A stretch of DNA of 64,000 bases from Azolla caroliniana (GCA_043228905.1 JBHGNT010000013.1:10044001-10108000), one strand, 5' to 3'; shown: positions 24,701 to 39,700, counted from the first letter of the stretch. Translations and numbers: made by a program. Notes: generated by a model from the sequence alone, not told the origin.

Positions 24701-27700
24701 GTGCGAACTACAGTTATGTCTTCTAAAACATTTGTAAGATGGATGGATGGCACTTGCTTGGAGACGGCTGAACAGGTAGTATTGTCATGATATTTAATTC
24801 CTGCGAAGAATACAAAATAGCAAGTTGAACTCTTTATGGATTGTAGACTAAAACTAATTTGCAATATTATAATATTATTTCTTTATTTTTCTTGGTAGTT
24901 CCTATATCTGATCTGGTTTGATGATGTGCAGAGAATTGGAGAGGAATCAGAGCCCTTTGTTTTCAATTTTTATAGTGAAGTTTCTGCAAATCCTCAGGTT
25001 TTCTTTTATTATTATTTATTCAGCTAGCAAGAAAAGTTTTAACTGCCAATCTACTGTAAACCCACAGAAATTTTTGGTTTATTGTATCCATATAATCATC
25101 TGATTTGCTACTTACATGCATGAAGTCAGTTATGGAGTTTCTTTTGATTCTGTCCGACAAATCAACTCCCATCTATCATAGCTGGCAAAACTTTAGATTG
25201 TAGAGAGAGCTAAAATTTTGAATCTTGTATACATGACACCAACTGTTGGAAGATTTAAATCTTTAAATGAACGTGTTATATCTTTATTATATTCTGTAGA
25301 ATAGGAAAATCTTAAACTTAAATCTTAAATCTATATTTTTAGATCTCTAGCTAGATTGTCTATTATATATTGTGTAGTGTATGTAAATTGTAGAATCGTC
25401 ATGATGTAGTGAGATAGTGGGGCATTTACATTCACGATGAAAAAATTAGTGTATGAGTTAAGTTTTGGTTTTCCACATGAGAGACTGTCTACGCTCAACT
25501 ATTGAGCTGCTCCACTGGCAAAACTAACCATAGAGTCTAGAAATCCACTTTCCACTTTATTCACACTATTCTTATTTTCTTGGGTCATATCCGAATGGTA
25601 ACAATTTAGGCCGTATTTGGAACATGGTGGTTCGTACAGCTTATTACAAATATGTAAAATTTCCAGAGTAAGAATATAAATGATGAATGCATTAGACATA
25701 GTTTGGCCATAGAGTAGTTGGTTGTGATACAACATAATGACCACAAAGCCCAAAATCATAACATTCAAAGCAACTGGCTGAAGGCTAGAGGACCCTAGTT
25801 ATGCAACCAAATAGCCATAGAAACCAGCCATACTTCCGAGTAGGAAACTGTAATCAGAGATAATGAGTAATTTTCTGTATAAGGTGGCTGCTTTTGGGAA
25901 GTTCATGGTATATGAAGTATCAGCTCATTGGCATGTCCACATTCTCTTCAACTAGAAAAGTTTAAATAATAGAGTGTAAATATAAACACACTCTTAAAAT
26001 ATAGACATGTATATATGTCATATTTATGTTACCAGAATTTAGGTAGAATATATTATTAGTGAATTATAAATGATAACTCAAATTTATCTGAAGTTATCAG
26101 TGCCATGTATATATAACAATATAAAAAGTAAAGAAATATATAAATGTATATTTAATTTTTTAAAAGGAACGGTTTGAATATTCCACATCTTCTTTAAGAA
26201 ACGTAAAGGTATGGGATAATCAGGTATACCATATGTGAGAAAAAAACATTGTCATTTACAGATTACAAAGAAGATGATAATATTGGGAAATTGCATTACC
26301 AATGCGGTTGCATCTGTACACAAGTAAGTTCTATCTTTTGCTTATGGTTTATATTTTTGAAATAATAAATTCATGATTGGAAATCAGAATGTCTTGATTT
26401 GGGTCAGAAAGAAAGAAAGATATATTAACCTCCCAAAATTGCCCATAAGACTAAACAAGAGATTACATTGTAACTGTTGTCTCATCTATGAGAACAACAA
26501 ACCAAAATAAGTATTATCAAGTTAGATAATTGAAATTTTTGTCTTTGAAAGATCTCTAGTATATGTTGATCCAGAATGGAGGGGTCTCTGAAGCGAGGGA
26601 AACATCTGCGATGGCAGGAGATCATGGTCCATGAGGCTGGGGCCTACGTGCACGCTATTGCCCAATCTATTGTAACCGCTTTGTTATGTTGTGGTCGGGA
26701 GCCCATTTGTGTAGCCCTTGATTGACTTGTAGCATGAGTTGGATTAATGGGAATAAAGAAAGTTGTGATTGTTCTTTGTTGATAAGCTCATGTGGGTGTA
26801 CATTGTTGTTGAGAATCAAGCTCCACTCGTGTGAACATGTGCTTATGAAGAAAATCATAATGTGTGAAGAAGTGAGTAAGCACACATTATTGTAATCCGT
26901 GTGAACTATCTAGTTACACGAAGAACTAGATTGTGATATCTAGTTAGTTGTCAAGTGTAAATGTGGTCAAAGAATATTAGATATTCTTATGACAGAATGT
27001 AGTCGAGTGGATATCTATGAGTAGACTCCACCAACCACATTTAATGTAGCAGTCCCTTGATGACTGGTATGTAAAAACCCCTTGGCCCATTGTGTTCAGT
27101 TGATGAGCTTTAGTTGATTAATATAGTTTTCTCTTTTATGAAATCAGAGGGAGATACGATTGCCTCTTTAAACAAGGCTTTGGCCCACTACGCAAGGTAT
27201 ATTGAAGACCAACGATACCTAAGACTTTTCTTGCTAGAGCTCAAGAGACATCGGGAAAAGTTGTTGAAGAATACAGCCAGATAAGCTCATCCACAAAGAA
27301 CAATCACAACCTTCTTTAGCCCCATCACTCCTACTAATGCCACAAGTCAATCACGGGATACACAAATGGGCTCCCGACCAGGACATAACGTTACAATTGA
27401 TCGGGCAATAGCAATTTGTTGTGCACATAGGCCCCGGCCCCATGGACCACGACCTTGACACCCTTGTTATCGACAGTTAAAAGCCATTATCTCCCGCCAT
27501 CGCAAGTGCTTCCCTCGCTTCAGAAACATTTCCATTCTGGATCGACCTATGCTAGAGATCTTTCGAAGACAAAAGCTACAATATATCTAACTTGAGAATC
27601 TCACATGTGCCGAAAACCAGATTCACTCGTCTCTTTTTATCTTATATACTTTTATATTTACGGAGTATTATTTACTTTTTTTTTATTATTTGTTCTCAAA

Positions 27701-30700
27701 GACGAGACAACACTTAAGATGTAATCTCTTGTTTGCTCTTATAGGCCATTTTGACCTCTTAGAAGACGTCAATATATCTTTCTTTCTTTCTTTCTTTCTT
27801 CAGTGCATAAGCTGTCATCCCCCTACTATGTATTTTATTGTTTTTGGTTATTTTCTCTGATTTCTTCTTCTGTTCACACACCCATCTGACACATGCACTA
27901 TGCTTCCACATACCCAAACTCTACGTGAGTTAGATTGTTTACAGTTGTCCAACAACTTTTCCTTGTCTCTTGTGTTCTAGCAGTAAAAGTCCCAACTTTG
28001 TTGGTCCTCAGCTGCCATTACCTTGTGTAGTGGGCCAAATTCTTGCTTAAAGAGGCAATGCTATCTCCGTCTTATTTCATAGATAACACCACAATGACAA
28101 ACATAGCGTTCTTCAGATTCCACTCCCTGATGACACAATTGGCAAATTCTTTCTACTAGAGATATTCGTGCATAGCTGCCTACCTCAATCTCTAACTATA
28201 ATGTGTTGAAGTTCGCAACTGCCCTATTGCACTGCACAATGCCTAGGATAGATGTACGTCCATATAAGATGGCCCAATGATGAATCCAGCCTCTGACGTG
28301 TGTAAAATGTGCATCTTATAGTGGGCCATCTTCCTACCAAGTAATGTTTTGGGGCTGAGCCGTGTCATCTTGTTTCCCAAGTCAATGATATTAATTCGGT
28401 CACTCTATTTTTTTGTATTTTGGTCATGTTTACATGGGGACAATGGAAGCTATATTCGAACTGGGGTAGTGCATTTGCGCTTATGCCATGTGACTCAAAC
28501 CATTGTTACATTTCAGCATACCAACAATGAACGTCTCCATGTTCAGCAAGTTGTTTGTTTTGATAATATAAGTACCAACCTTGAATACCTTAGTTTAGGG
28601 AGCTCCCAAAGCCGTAACAGTTTATAATAGTTTATAAAGGAAATTCCATGTAAAGCTATGTAAGTTTAGTTGATAGTCTAGTCTTCGTTGATACAGGAGA
28701 TAATATGCAGCAAATAGAATGCATCATTTTCTTTTAAATTTGTGGGATTTCCATTGTTGTTATGAATCATTTATATTTGTGTGCTGTTCTCCAGACATCT
28801 GGACATGTGGCGGAAATACCAGCATTTGTGGAGGCAAGACAAAAATGCAGTGCTTTCGAAGTTCATCATGCAGAATCCAACTTGTGCAAAGTTTGAAGAG
28901 AAGCTTGCTAAATATGCAAAGGTAAACTGAGATGAAATTTGCATGTTTTTTTGTTCTCTTTGTATGTCCATGCAAGAAAATATCCTTTTTTTAGAAATGA
29001 TGGTATTACTTCAAATATGGATTGGCTGCCTTGACACCTTCTATGAAGAAAGTATCTCATGTTGTTTTTATGCGTTTCATCACAGGGGTAATGAATCTTA
29101 ACTCCTCTAGCATATAAATTGTATTTCTAGTGGACTTTCTAAATCCGAATCTTGATTTGGGAGGAGAACGCAAGTCCTCGTGACTCTTTGTTGACACGAT
29201 AGATCGATAGATGCCAGTATATGTTCCTGAAACCATGAAAACGTGATTAATTTTCCTGTTTGCATGGAATAAATCCTCTATCAGTTTGGAAATGTGGACA
29301 TAAACTTTCTTAGAATTGCCTAAAAATAAAAGCCTTTAAGTGGGGAAGAGAGTGACTAACAAATTCTATTATATGCTTTTGAAATGTTTAGTGTGATGGG
29401 AGCTACAGATTGTAAGTATTTGTGCACACTTTCCTTTGTAGAGAATATGGGCTTATCTAATTGTCCTCGGGTGCCTTTTTTAGTTAATTGGTTCCTTGAG
29501 TGGAAGAGAGAGAGAGTCAACAAATATTTATGTTTAAACTGTTATTCTAACTGAGGGGAATGATTAAAGAGTATGATAAACCACATTGAAACATACTAAA
29601 ATTTTGAATTGCCGTTTATGTATGAATTATTTAATACTGTATTTCCTTGGTAGGTTGCAGCTGATGTGACAGACTCTCCTTGTGAAAAACGTGTCGAATT
29701 TTTAACTGTGATTTCTCATCAGTTAATTAATTCTATTCGTAATGAAGCTTTGTCTTGGGTTCAAACTATTGGACAAACTATGGCTACACATGACCTACCA
29801 CGAGCAACAAGCCTTCATGCTCGAATTGATGTTTTTCTGAAAACCTTACACCAGGTAATTGTTGTTGTAGTAATCATGAAACATACATCATGAATAATGA
29901 TTCATGCACCACATGGCATCCACTTCAATAGTAAAAAACTAGTGTTTTGTTGATATTATATAATACACTTCATGGAGAAATATTGAGTATGTTATCTCTT
30001 TGCTCTGTCTTCTGCAATGTAAAATGTACAGGTATTTCTCAAAGATGAGACAACATTTTAAGATGTAATCTCTTGTTTGGCCTCTTAAAGACACTAATGT
30101 AGGCAGAAATTTCAGTTCTAGTATTCAGCCACCAAACCTGATTAGTGCTGGTTATTCATTGTTGCATAGGCCCCAATCGTTAGGTCATATTCACAACTTA
30201 ATACAAATAATTGTGTAATCTTTGTTAGGTTCCATGTGTCTTTTTAGAGATGTTAATGTGTCTTTCTTGTTTCTTCTACAAAAGCAATTATATTAGGCCC
30301 CGTGGCAATGCTGATGGACAATGTGCATAAAAACTATTGCTGTTTTTTTTTAATGTAGAAATAGTGGAGGAATGCGCTGACCTGTATAAGGGTAATGAAT
30401 TATGGATGATACTCAAGGTCTAGAAATCATTTTAGGCCAGATCATCCCAGGTTTACTGTATTTTTCTGTAAACGAAACATAAAGTGAAGAAGGGAAGTTG
30501 GAAACTGGAATTAGCACTGGCAAAGTTTGCAGATGAAATCTGAACATTAAGCATCATCCATTCGTTGCATTCGTGAATCTACTAAGGTCTAGAAATCACT
30601 TTAGGCTAGATCATCCCAGCTTCACTCTAATTTTCTGTAAAGGAAACATAAAGTGAGGAAGGGAAGTTTGAAACTGGAGTTAGCACTTGCAAAGTTTGCA

Positions 30701-33700
30701 GATGAAAGCTGAACATTAAGCATCATCTATTTGTTGCATTCTTGAATCTACTAAGGACATTGAAAATGAGGGTACTGTCTTTATTGATGTCAACAGAGCT
30801 TGTGATATTGGACTTATAATTCTGTTTTTCTTTTTCATTGTAGAAACCAGAGACGTTGGATGAGCTGAAACTCATACTCAATGTCGTTGCAGAAATTCAA
30901 AGTTCTCGGATGGAAGTAGAACTTGAGTAAGAATTAATGGCGTTCACATATTCAGAATGTATAAAGCTAACCCTAACAACATTTAAAAGTTAATGCCATG
31001 TTACCTGCATGAGATTATTTGCATTTCTTCTCAGGTAGAAAAAGTATTCTGCAACTCCCGGAAATTGTCTGTGTTTAATTTCTGTTGGAAAACGCTCATT
31101 TAATTTTTTATTTAATACAGATATTTAGATTTAGAGGAACGCAGCAGAACACGTTCTTTGTATGGAGTTGTGGACAAGCCTGAAGATATGGCCTTAATTT
31201 TTGGTATTCGGAAGAGGTGAGTGATTCTTTTGTATCATACGCTCAGCAGTTGGCATGATAAAATATGAATCTGTTTTTAGAATATTTGGTTAGCTTGTTG
31301 AATAGGGCTCTCTGCTTCTTCAGCCTCTGACACAGAATCTTTAGTAGGACTTATGTGTATCTGTTAAAATTTGAGTTTGTAGATAATTGCCAGTCTAAAG
31401 TCCTTTTCCACTAATGCTTGGATTCGATTCTTTTGATAGATGCCCTTTGCAATCCAATGCAGCTATTGTACATTACACTTTTTTTATGTGAAAATGGATT
31501 TATACTATTCCAATAAGTCTACATTTAGATATGATTCATTTGTATCATATGCTTAGCAGTTGGCATGAGAAATTATGTATCCGTTTTAGATTATTTGGTT
31601 AGCTCATTGAATAGTGCTCTCTTTTTCTTCAGCCCCTGACACAGAATCTTCAGTAAACCTTATGTGGATCTGTTAAATTTCGATGTAGATAATTGCCAGT
31701 CTGAAGTCTTTTTCCACTGATTCTAGAGTTCTTTTGTTAGATTCTCTTGTTAATCCAATGCAGCTATTGTACATGACACTTTGTTATATAAAAATGGATT
31801 TAAACTTATTAAAAATTAGTGCACATTAAGATATGTGTATGAACATAGGAGAGCTGTTAACTTTTATTTATTTATACAACTCATTTGGCCTCTCAATGAC
31901 TAGATCTTGTGTACAAGCTTAGGTGCCTAAGTCTTGAGGAAGAGGCAAAAGTTTTGAGCATTACTTTACATGAAACAAAAAAGAAATTTACAGAAATAAC
32001 CAAAACCCAGGTTTGCATATCTTGCTGATCATGGAGAGAATTGACAATTTCTATTGGGAAAAAATATTTGATTCCTTGATTTGGTTTGATTCCCTAATGA
32101 AACGAAAATAGATTATTCAACAAACATCTTTGCAGGTTATGGATTTCTCAAGGGAAATCTCTGCATTTCGGGATCGTACTGTACAAAAAGGTCCTGGGAA
32201 AACGAGTGACCTTGATGTTGGATTACAGTTACTACAGGAATATCAGGTATGGAAGATCTTTATGTTTTTTATATTTATCCCTCTAGTGAAATAGTCTAAA
32301 TGTCTATGTATGCCTTACTTGGAACTTTGGGAATGCTTCAGTTAGAGCTGGAAAAAGTTCAATTGAAGAGAGAGCAGCTAGTTCTTGCCCTAAAACTTTT
32401 TGATCTACCTGTGACACCATTTCCTATGTTGGTGGAGGTGTATACTTTTCCTTTTCTCAAGGATAGTTTAATAAGATCACATAAGTTCTTTAGTGTGTTC
32501 CTCTGAATCATATGACATTGTTGTGGCCAGGATTAAATCTCTGTTTAACATTCTCATTTTGTTTACAACTTTATTTTACCTCTAACTTCATTTTCATTAC
32601 CCATCTATAAATAAATCTCATTAGAATTAATTTTCACAATACTTATGCGATGAAATCCATGTGCAGGTTGAGAATGTTCTAAAGAATGCTGCACAAATAT
32701 ACGTAATTTATGCAGAATTTAAGACCTCAGTAGAGAAGTTTTCAAAGACACTGTGGGCAGAACTGGACATACAGAAAATTGTGTCAGCAACAGATGAGTT
32801 CCTTGTGCGGCTTAGGAAGATGCGGAACCTGAAATCTGATCCCACATATATCAATTTAGAGGCAAAAATCAAAGCATTTCAGGATTCTCTACCATTAATT
32901 CAGGTCATCTTGACGTTGTAATTTAATATGCAAAGAAAAGTTTTCAATAAAATGGATGTTTAATTACTGGAGGTTGGGAACTCTGAATTTTAGATAATAA
33001 ATCTCAGGAAGGTGGCTGTTCCTCGTGGTAAATTACACTCAATCAACCTTGAGGCGATAAATACCTTAGTCATGGAAAACTGTCAGTGCATGGATCTCAA
33101 ATATTATACTCATTGTTTTATGGGAATGCAGGATTTGAAAAGTGAAGCCCTTCGTCCACGACATTGGGATAAGCTTATGAAAGAGACAGAAAAGAGCTTT
33201 GACATGGATCCCAAGACATTTACATTAGCAAATTTATTTCGTATGGAACTTCATAAGTTTGCCAGTGTGATAAGGTAATGATGTGGTGAATGTTTACCAC
33301 AAAGCTATTTGTATGATGAATTTTATGTAGATTTTGGTCATCAAAACACAAGTTTGATGCAGTGAAATAACAACTGCTGCCACAAAGGAATTAAACATAG
33401 AGATGGAAATGAAGAAGATGGGAGACACATGGAGAGAACAACAATTTGAAATTTTTAAGTACTCCAAAGATGGTCAAGACAGAGGTTGGGTCCTTAAGTC
33501 AACTGAACAAGTAGTTTTATTACTGGAGGATATGGCGTTAAACCTGCAAAGTATGACAAACTCCCGTTATGTTCGTGCGTTTCTCGATGACGTAAATTTC
33601 TGGGAAAAGAAGCTCAGTCTAATGGGAGAAGTCATTGAAATCTGGATGCAGGTTTGAATTTACCCATCTTTTCTGTATTTAACAAGATGTGAATTGGTAT

Positions 33701-36700
33701 ATGAACAAATTTCTGAAATCTAACAATGAGTGAAAGTATTGAGATTATGGCATGATGCAAATCATTGCTATTATGTACTAACAATATGAAATGTAATTAA
33801 TTTCTAGTCTTACATACCATGAAACTTTTTAATGCTTTTTAAGAAGTCAAAATGAACTATGAAACTGTAGGAGATATCGCTTCTTACAATGCTGTCCTTT
33901 GAAAACAACAAACCAAAATAAATATACTAGTTTAGTAAAACTGCCTAAACTGCCATTGAATCAGGTTTAATAATTCTTGGCTCTAAACTCTTAAACCACA
34001 CTTGTGAAACTATAATCAGGTTTATCTGAAAAATAGTATTCCAAACCAACAACTTTTACAGTGTAGCTTTCTATTTACAGGTGCAAAGAAAGTGGATGTA
34101 TCTGGAGAGTATTTTTGTAGGATCAGACGATATCCGTCATCAGCTCCCAGAAGAAGCAAAACGATTTGATAACATTGACAGGATCTGGAAGAAGATAATG
34201 GCGGAGACTGCCAAGAACCCAATCATCCTTGATGCATGCACAACCCCGGACAGATTAGCAACTCTAACCAGCCTCTTTCAACAGCTAGAAACTTGCCAGA
34301 AATGTTTAAGCGAGTATGTGTTCCACGGCAGTATAGCTTTCAATGAGCTAATAAAAAAAATATTAACTGCTTTCATGTGATCTAACAAGCTAAAGCTCAT
34401 CAATGGACCTAATGTATGTGCAAACATCTGCCCCACAAAGACAATTGATCAACAGAAGTCAAAATGATGGGGGTAGAAACATTTGCTGGTCGGTTCTAGG
34501 TCCCATGAACTCTAGAGGTGTGGATCATGAAACTCTACATGGAACGTAGCTCATGTGATTGCCAACATGTCTATCACTCTTCTGATGATAGATAGATTGT
34601 GAGTATATGGTGATCAACGGACTACCTTCGCTCGTCTTAACATTCATAAGAGATTTCATTTCTCAAGTAAAGGCATCCTTGAATGCTTTCTGCCCTACGA
34701 AACTAGTTGGTACCACCACAGTAGTATATTTATCCAAATATTCTTTGTAAATCATGTTGGGAGAGTCATTGACATGGACATTTCTTGCCAAACTGTTGGG
34801 GTTTACAAATTGGTCAGTTTGCTCTTTAGCACTTCGTTCGCACTTCTTGATATTTGACATTCATGTGTCCCTATACAATAGAGAATATGAAATTGTGGAA
34901 AGGCTCATTATCTGGTAGAATCATACAGAATTGTTGGTATGATGAGGAGTATTGCGATACAAGAGAGGCTTGAAACACAGTAACTCTAGGGATTTGTATA
35001 CACGAACAAGCTAGAGCAGCCTTCCAATGCCTTGTTAGGAAGAACAAGACATTGTATTTGGCTGAATTTGAAGCACATATGTATCGCTTGTTTCTAGGGC
35101 AAGTAAGTAAAATCGAAAATGTTTAATGAGAGGCAATCTACCACACAACTGACTGCACCTCAGCTTTGGTATGATATATGGAAAAATATGATATGGTATC
35201 CCTGGGCAGTCCCGATTTCCCTAACCAGATGTAAGAAACGAACATAAGATTTTATCAAACATGAAAGAGGTTTGATTAAGATTCATGTGGTTTATGGCAT
35301 CAAAAAGTTGTATGTGTTCAAAAAATTGTATGTGGTACATTTGTAAGGTATGTAGTACGCGCTTTCTGTTATAAAATTTGGAATCATTGAATGCCATTAG
35401 AATGTGCTTACATCTGAGAATGTACCAACGCCAGGCCATTTCAACAATATTAATGCTTATCTAGGAAAAATTTGGATTAATTTCTGTAGGAGTTGAAAAA
35501 CATTTTCCAATATATCATCAATGGGACGATATGAATTTAATTTTCATAATTTCTTTGATTGCATGACCAAGGCACTCCTTTTCTATGAAGCTTCTAGGAA
35601 TGTTTCCCTTGATTAATCATGTCTTGAACTGTACAAAATGCTTTTCTGTAATGAAATGCAATTTTTGGTTAATAGCTTATGAAACATTTGCCGGGTCCTC
35701 TTTTGTTCAAACATACCCCATTTATAGACTAATTTTGTTTATGAAGAGAAAACCCTTTTACAAGTTTTGTTGATGTGGACTGATAATCATTAGTATATTG
35801 TAAATGATTTAATAGGTATTTGGATACAAAAAGAAATGCCTTTCCAAGGTTTTTCTTCATTTCAGATGATGAATTGCTTTCAGTACTAGGGAGTTCGGAT
35901 CCAACCACAGTACAAGAGCATATGCTTAAGATGTTTGATAACTGTGCAGCCTTGAAATTTGGTGATAGGAACAAGACAGTTATTGGGATGCGTTCTTCTG
36001 AGGGAGAAACCTATGATTTGAGGACCCCTGTAGCAACAGATGGACCTATAGAGGTCTGGATAAAGGCAGTCGAAACTGAAATGAGATATTCTTTGTATCA
36101 AATTGCCAAAGCAGGGGTCTTTTATTATGCTAGAGCAGAACGCTCGGAATGGATAAGGAACAACCTTGGCATGGTCACGCTGGTGAGTTTTCAATTTCAA
36201 TATCATTTTGTATGTTTTGCAATCAATTAATCTTTGATTTAGGCACTCAATGATGTTGTGCTTGAGTGTGAAGTTACTCAATCACCTACGTTTCTCTGTA
36301 GGCTGGGAGTCAAATATGGTGGACATGGGAAGTTGAAGATGTGTTTCAAAGTGTGAGAAAGGGAAATAAAAGCGCAATGAAGCAGTTCAGTGCTAAGTGT
36401 ACGGAACAGTTAACTGATCTAGTTTCAATGGTTCGATCAGATCTCAGTTCGTTGCAAAGGAAAAAGGTCTAATTTCAAACTTTTTCAAATCACTTTTTAC
36501 CATGTAGTTTGCAGACAGCATTGTTTCTATGACAATGCATATGAAATATAAGTGCAAAGAATGTATTATTCCTAGTTAGACAGTTGGATAGTAGATTGAA
36601 ATGGGGAAGGAAGACACCATAAAAGCATAGCTTGAAAAAACAAGCGGTTTGCATAATCTGATGTTACCATGTAGTTTGCAGACAGCATTGTTTCTATGAC

Positions 36701-39700
36701 AATGCATATGAAAATTGAAATGGGGAAGGAAGACACCATAAAAGCATAACTTGAAAAAACAAGCGGTTTGCATAATCCGATGAAGAAAAAAGAAACAAAG
36801 CTATATTAATGTCTTTAATAGGTGAAAAATGGCTTATTACTCTGAGTCAGATATTTCCTCTTAGAAATTTTGTCTTGTATTTGAGAACAAAAACCTAAAA
36901 TGAATATAGCTACGGTAGTAGAATTTCAGAAGGTACCAGAGAATCATGTTATCATAGCACTTAACATTCTGAACTGAGATGGACTAAAAATTCTGCCTTC
37001 AAAATATTCCCAATATATGCTGATCTAATTTACAAAGGTTTCCGAAGTGAGGGAATCACCTTCAATGTTGGATGATGACGGCCTTTATTTCTGTTGACAA
37101 TGGTGACGGGATTGTGTCTCAGATTGATGCGGCCAATGTGCACGTCAAATTATTGTTGTCCACTCTCAGTTATTATAGCAATTGTTGACATTGAGGTGTT
37201 GGGTATGGAGCTGCAATACAGTCTAGTCATAAGAAGTGTCCATTTGTCATTTCTTGATTCTTCTTGTCTTCACAACTGCCTTAGATTCAGAATTTTTTGC
37301 TGCATTATAGCTCCATGAATTTCTATGCATGAACTAAATAAAATGTTTGAATAACTATTATTCATCTATCTTTAAATGCATGTGTGAGATCACATGTATG
37401 CTTGTTACTCCTAAAAATCTTCTCCTATATTACATCTGGAAGTGTATTCTGTGAGGAATTTGCCAAACCATTAGAGATGAAACTCCTTGGGAGATTCAGC
37501 TTATGGTGTGATAAACTGGCTGATTAAGTATATACTTAATCAATTTATTTTCCTATTTTTTATATTTATATAATTAAGAACTGAATATTTTCTAATATCA
37601 GTTGGCTTTCTGAACAGGTAAATGCTCTGATTATTGTCAATGTACATGCAAGGGACATTATTGACAGCTTTGTTCGAGACAGCATCCTTGATTGTAGAGA
37701 GTTCGCTTGGGAAAGTCAACTAAGATTTTACTGGGATAGGACAATTGATGATATACTAATAAGGTTTCTGTGTTACCAAATTGATAAAATTAAGATCCTA
37801 AACTGACATACTGCCAACAGTCACTAATCAACATTTCTGCTATAAATAAACGGATGAGTATATTTTCCAGGCAATGCACAGGAACTTTCCGCTTTGGATA
37901 TGAGTACATGGGGCTGAATGGAAGGCTTGTTATTACATCCTTAACAGACCGTTGTTACATGACTTTAACAACAGCACTTACTTATCGTCTAGGTGGAGCT
38001 CCAGCAGGACCAGCAGGGACTGGGAAAACGGAGACAGTTAAGGATTTAGCAAAATCTATGGCATTACTTTGTGTTGTTTTCAACTGTGGTGATGGCCTTG
38101 ATTATAAAGTAAGTTGTGTAAGATTTCAATTAAGATCATGATAAAGTAAAAATATTGTGTGAAATTTAGTTTTCTAATGAAATACTATTGTAGAGATACC
38201 ATTCAATCTGAACAAAGCTAAGATATTTTGATGGCTGTTAATTTGTGTGGTGAAGTTAAACACTTTCAATTATGCAACAGTTCGAGAAAAATAGCAAGAG
38301 TTTATTGGCCTACAACTTTTAGCAATATTTGGAATAAGTAGTAACTAGACAATTTAGACAACAGTTTACATGGAAACACAATTTAGATAACTCCTGGTAT
38401 AAAAACAGAGTACACAATCTGTTTATTTTTCTCTTTGGAAATACTATCTAAAAAATGTTACTTTTTTGTGTAATTGGGAAATTCTTTTCTGACACATAAT
38501 GAGTCCTTTTCTAAGGCCATGGGATCAATATTCTCTGGGCTAGTTCAATGTGGAGCATGGGGATGCTTTGATGAGTTCAATCGTATTGATGCAGAAGTCT
38601 TATCTGTTGTCTCTTCACAAATCAAACAAATTCAGGTGCAATTATCTGTGTTCTACATGTTCTTATCTTTATATTTGTTATCATCTTAAATAAACTCTTT
38701 GATTGAAAGAAGATTGTCACATGGTGAAACAATATTATTTCCTATTACATAAACGATTCAAACATCTGTAAGTAGAACTTGGATTTAGATATTGTTTCTT
38801 ATCAAAGTTATTAATTTGTTTCTTGCAGGAGGCACTGAAAAATGGTTTGAAGAGATTCCAATTTGAAGGAAAAGAAATAGCGTTAGACTCTAGGACTGGA
38901 ATATTCATTACAATGAACCCAGGATATGCAGGAAGGACAGAGCTGCCTGATAATCTTAAGGCACTCTTCCGCCCAGTCACTATGATAGTGCCAGATCTGC
39001 AGCAAATCTGTGAAATTATGCTTTTTTCTGAAGGGTTTGAATCTTTACTATTGAAAAGTGTGATTAAATCTCAATTTGTAGAAAAGAAGTTTGAAGAAAG
39101 AGAAATAAATTTGCAAAATTTAGGAGTGAGTTGTTTCTACAACTGAACTAACCATGGCTATCCACTGTAGCTACGAGATATCTAACAAATAGTGAAATGC
39201 CCCTAGCAATGGGGTAGATTAGAGGCATCTTGGCTAGCGGAGATTTCTATGCTTACTATTTTTCATGTTTGGATAGATTTGAACTTCTCATTGTTTAGTC
39301 TTTTATATAGTCTATTAGTTTCCAGTTAGATGCGAGAAGGATTATATCATTCTAATCTGCAATTTTGGTTTCATAACTATAGCATTTTGACCTTTAAGGT
39401 CCTCTATTAATATCATGAAACCCGTAGAAAGATCCATTATTTCACACCAGAATGTGGCTATGTCAAATAAGGTAATATGCTAGAAGCTGGAAATCTTTAA
39501 ATAAGATATGGAAAGCTTTAAATTAAATGGGGCTGTAAAATTCTAGGAACTAAAAAGCTGGAAATAAGGTAAGGAAATCTATAATTCAAAAGAATAAGAA
39601 TGGCTAAACATTAACTCCATGAAATTTCGGTACCATCTAATATAGATATAGATGTGTATATTACCGTATTTTTAAACCAAACTGGCATTTGAGATAATGA

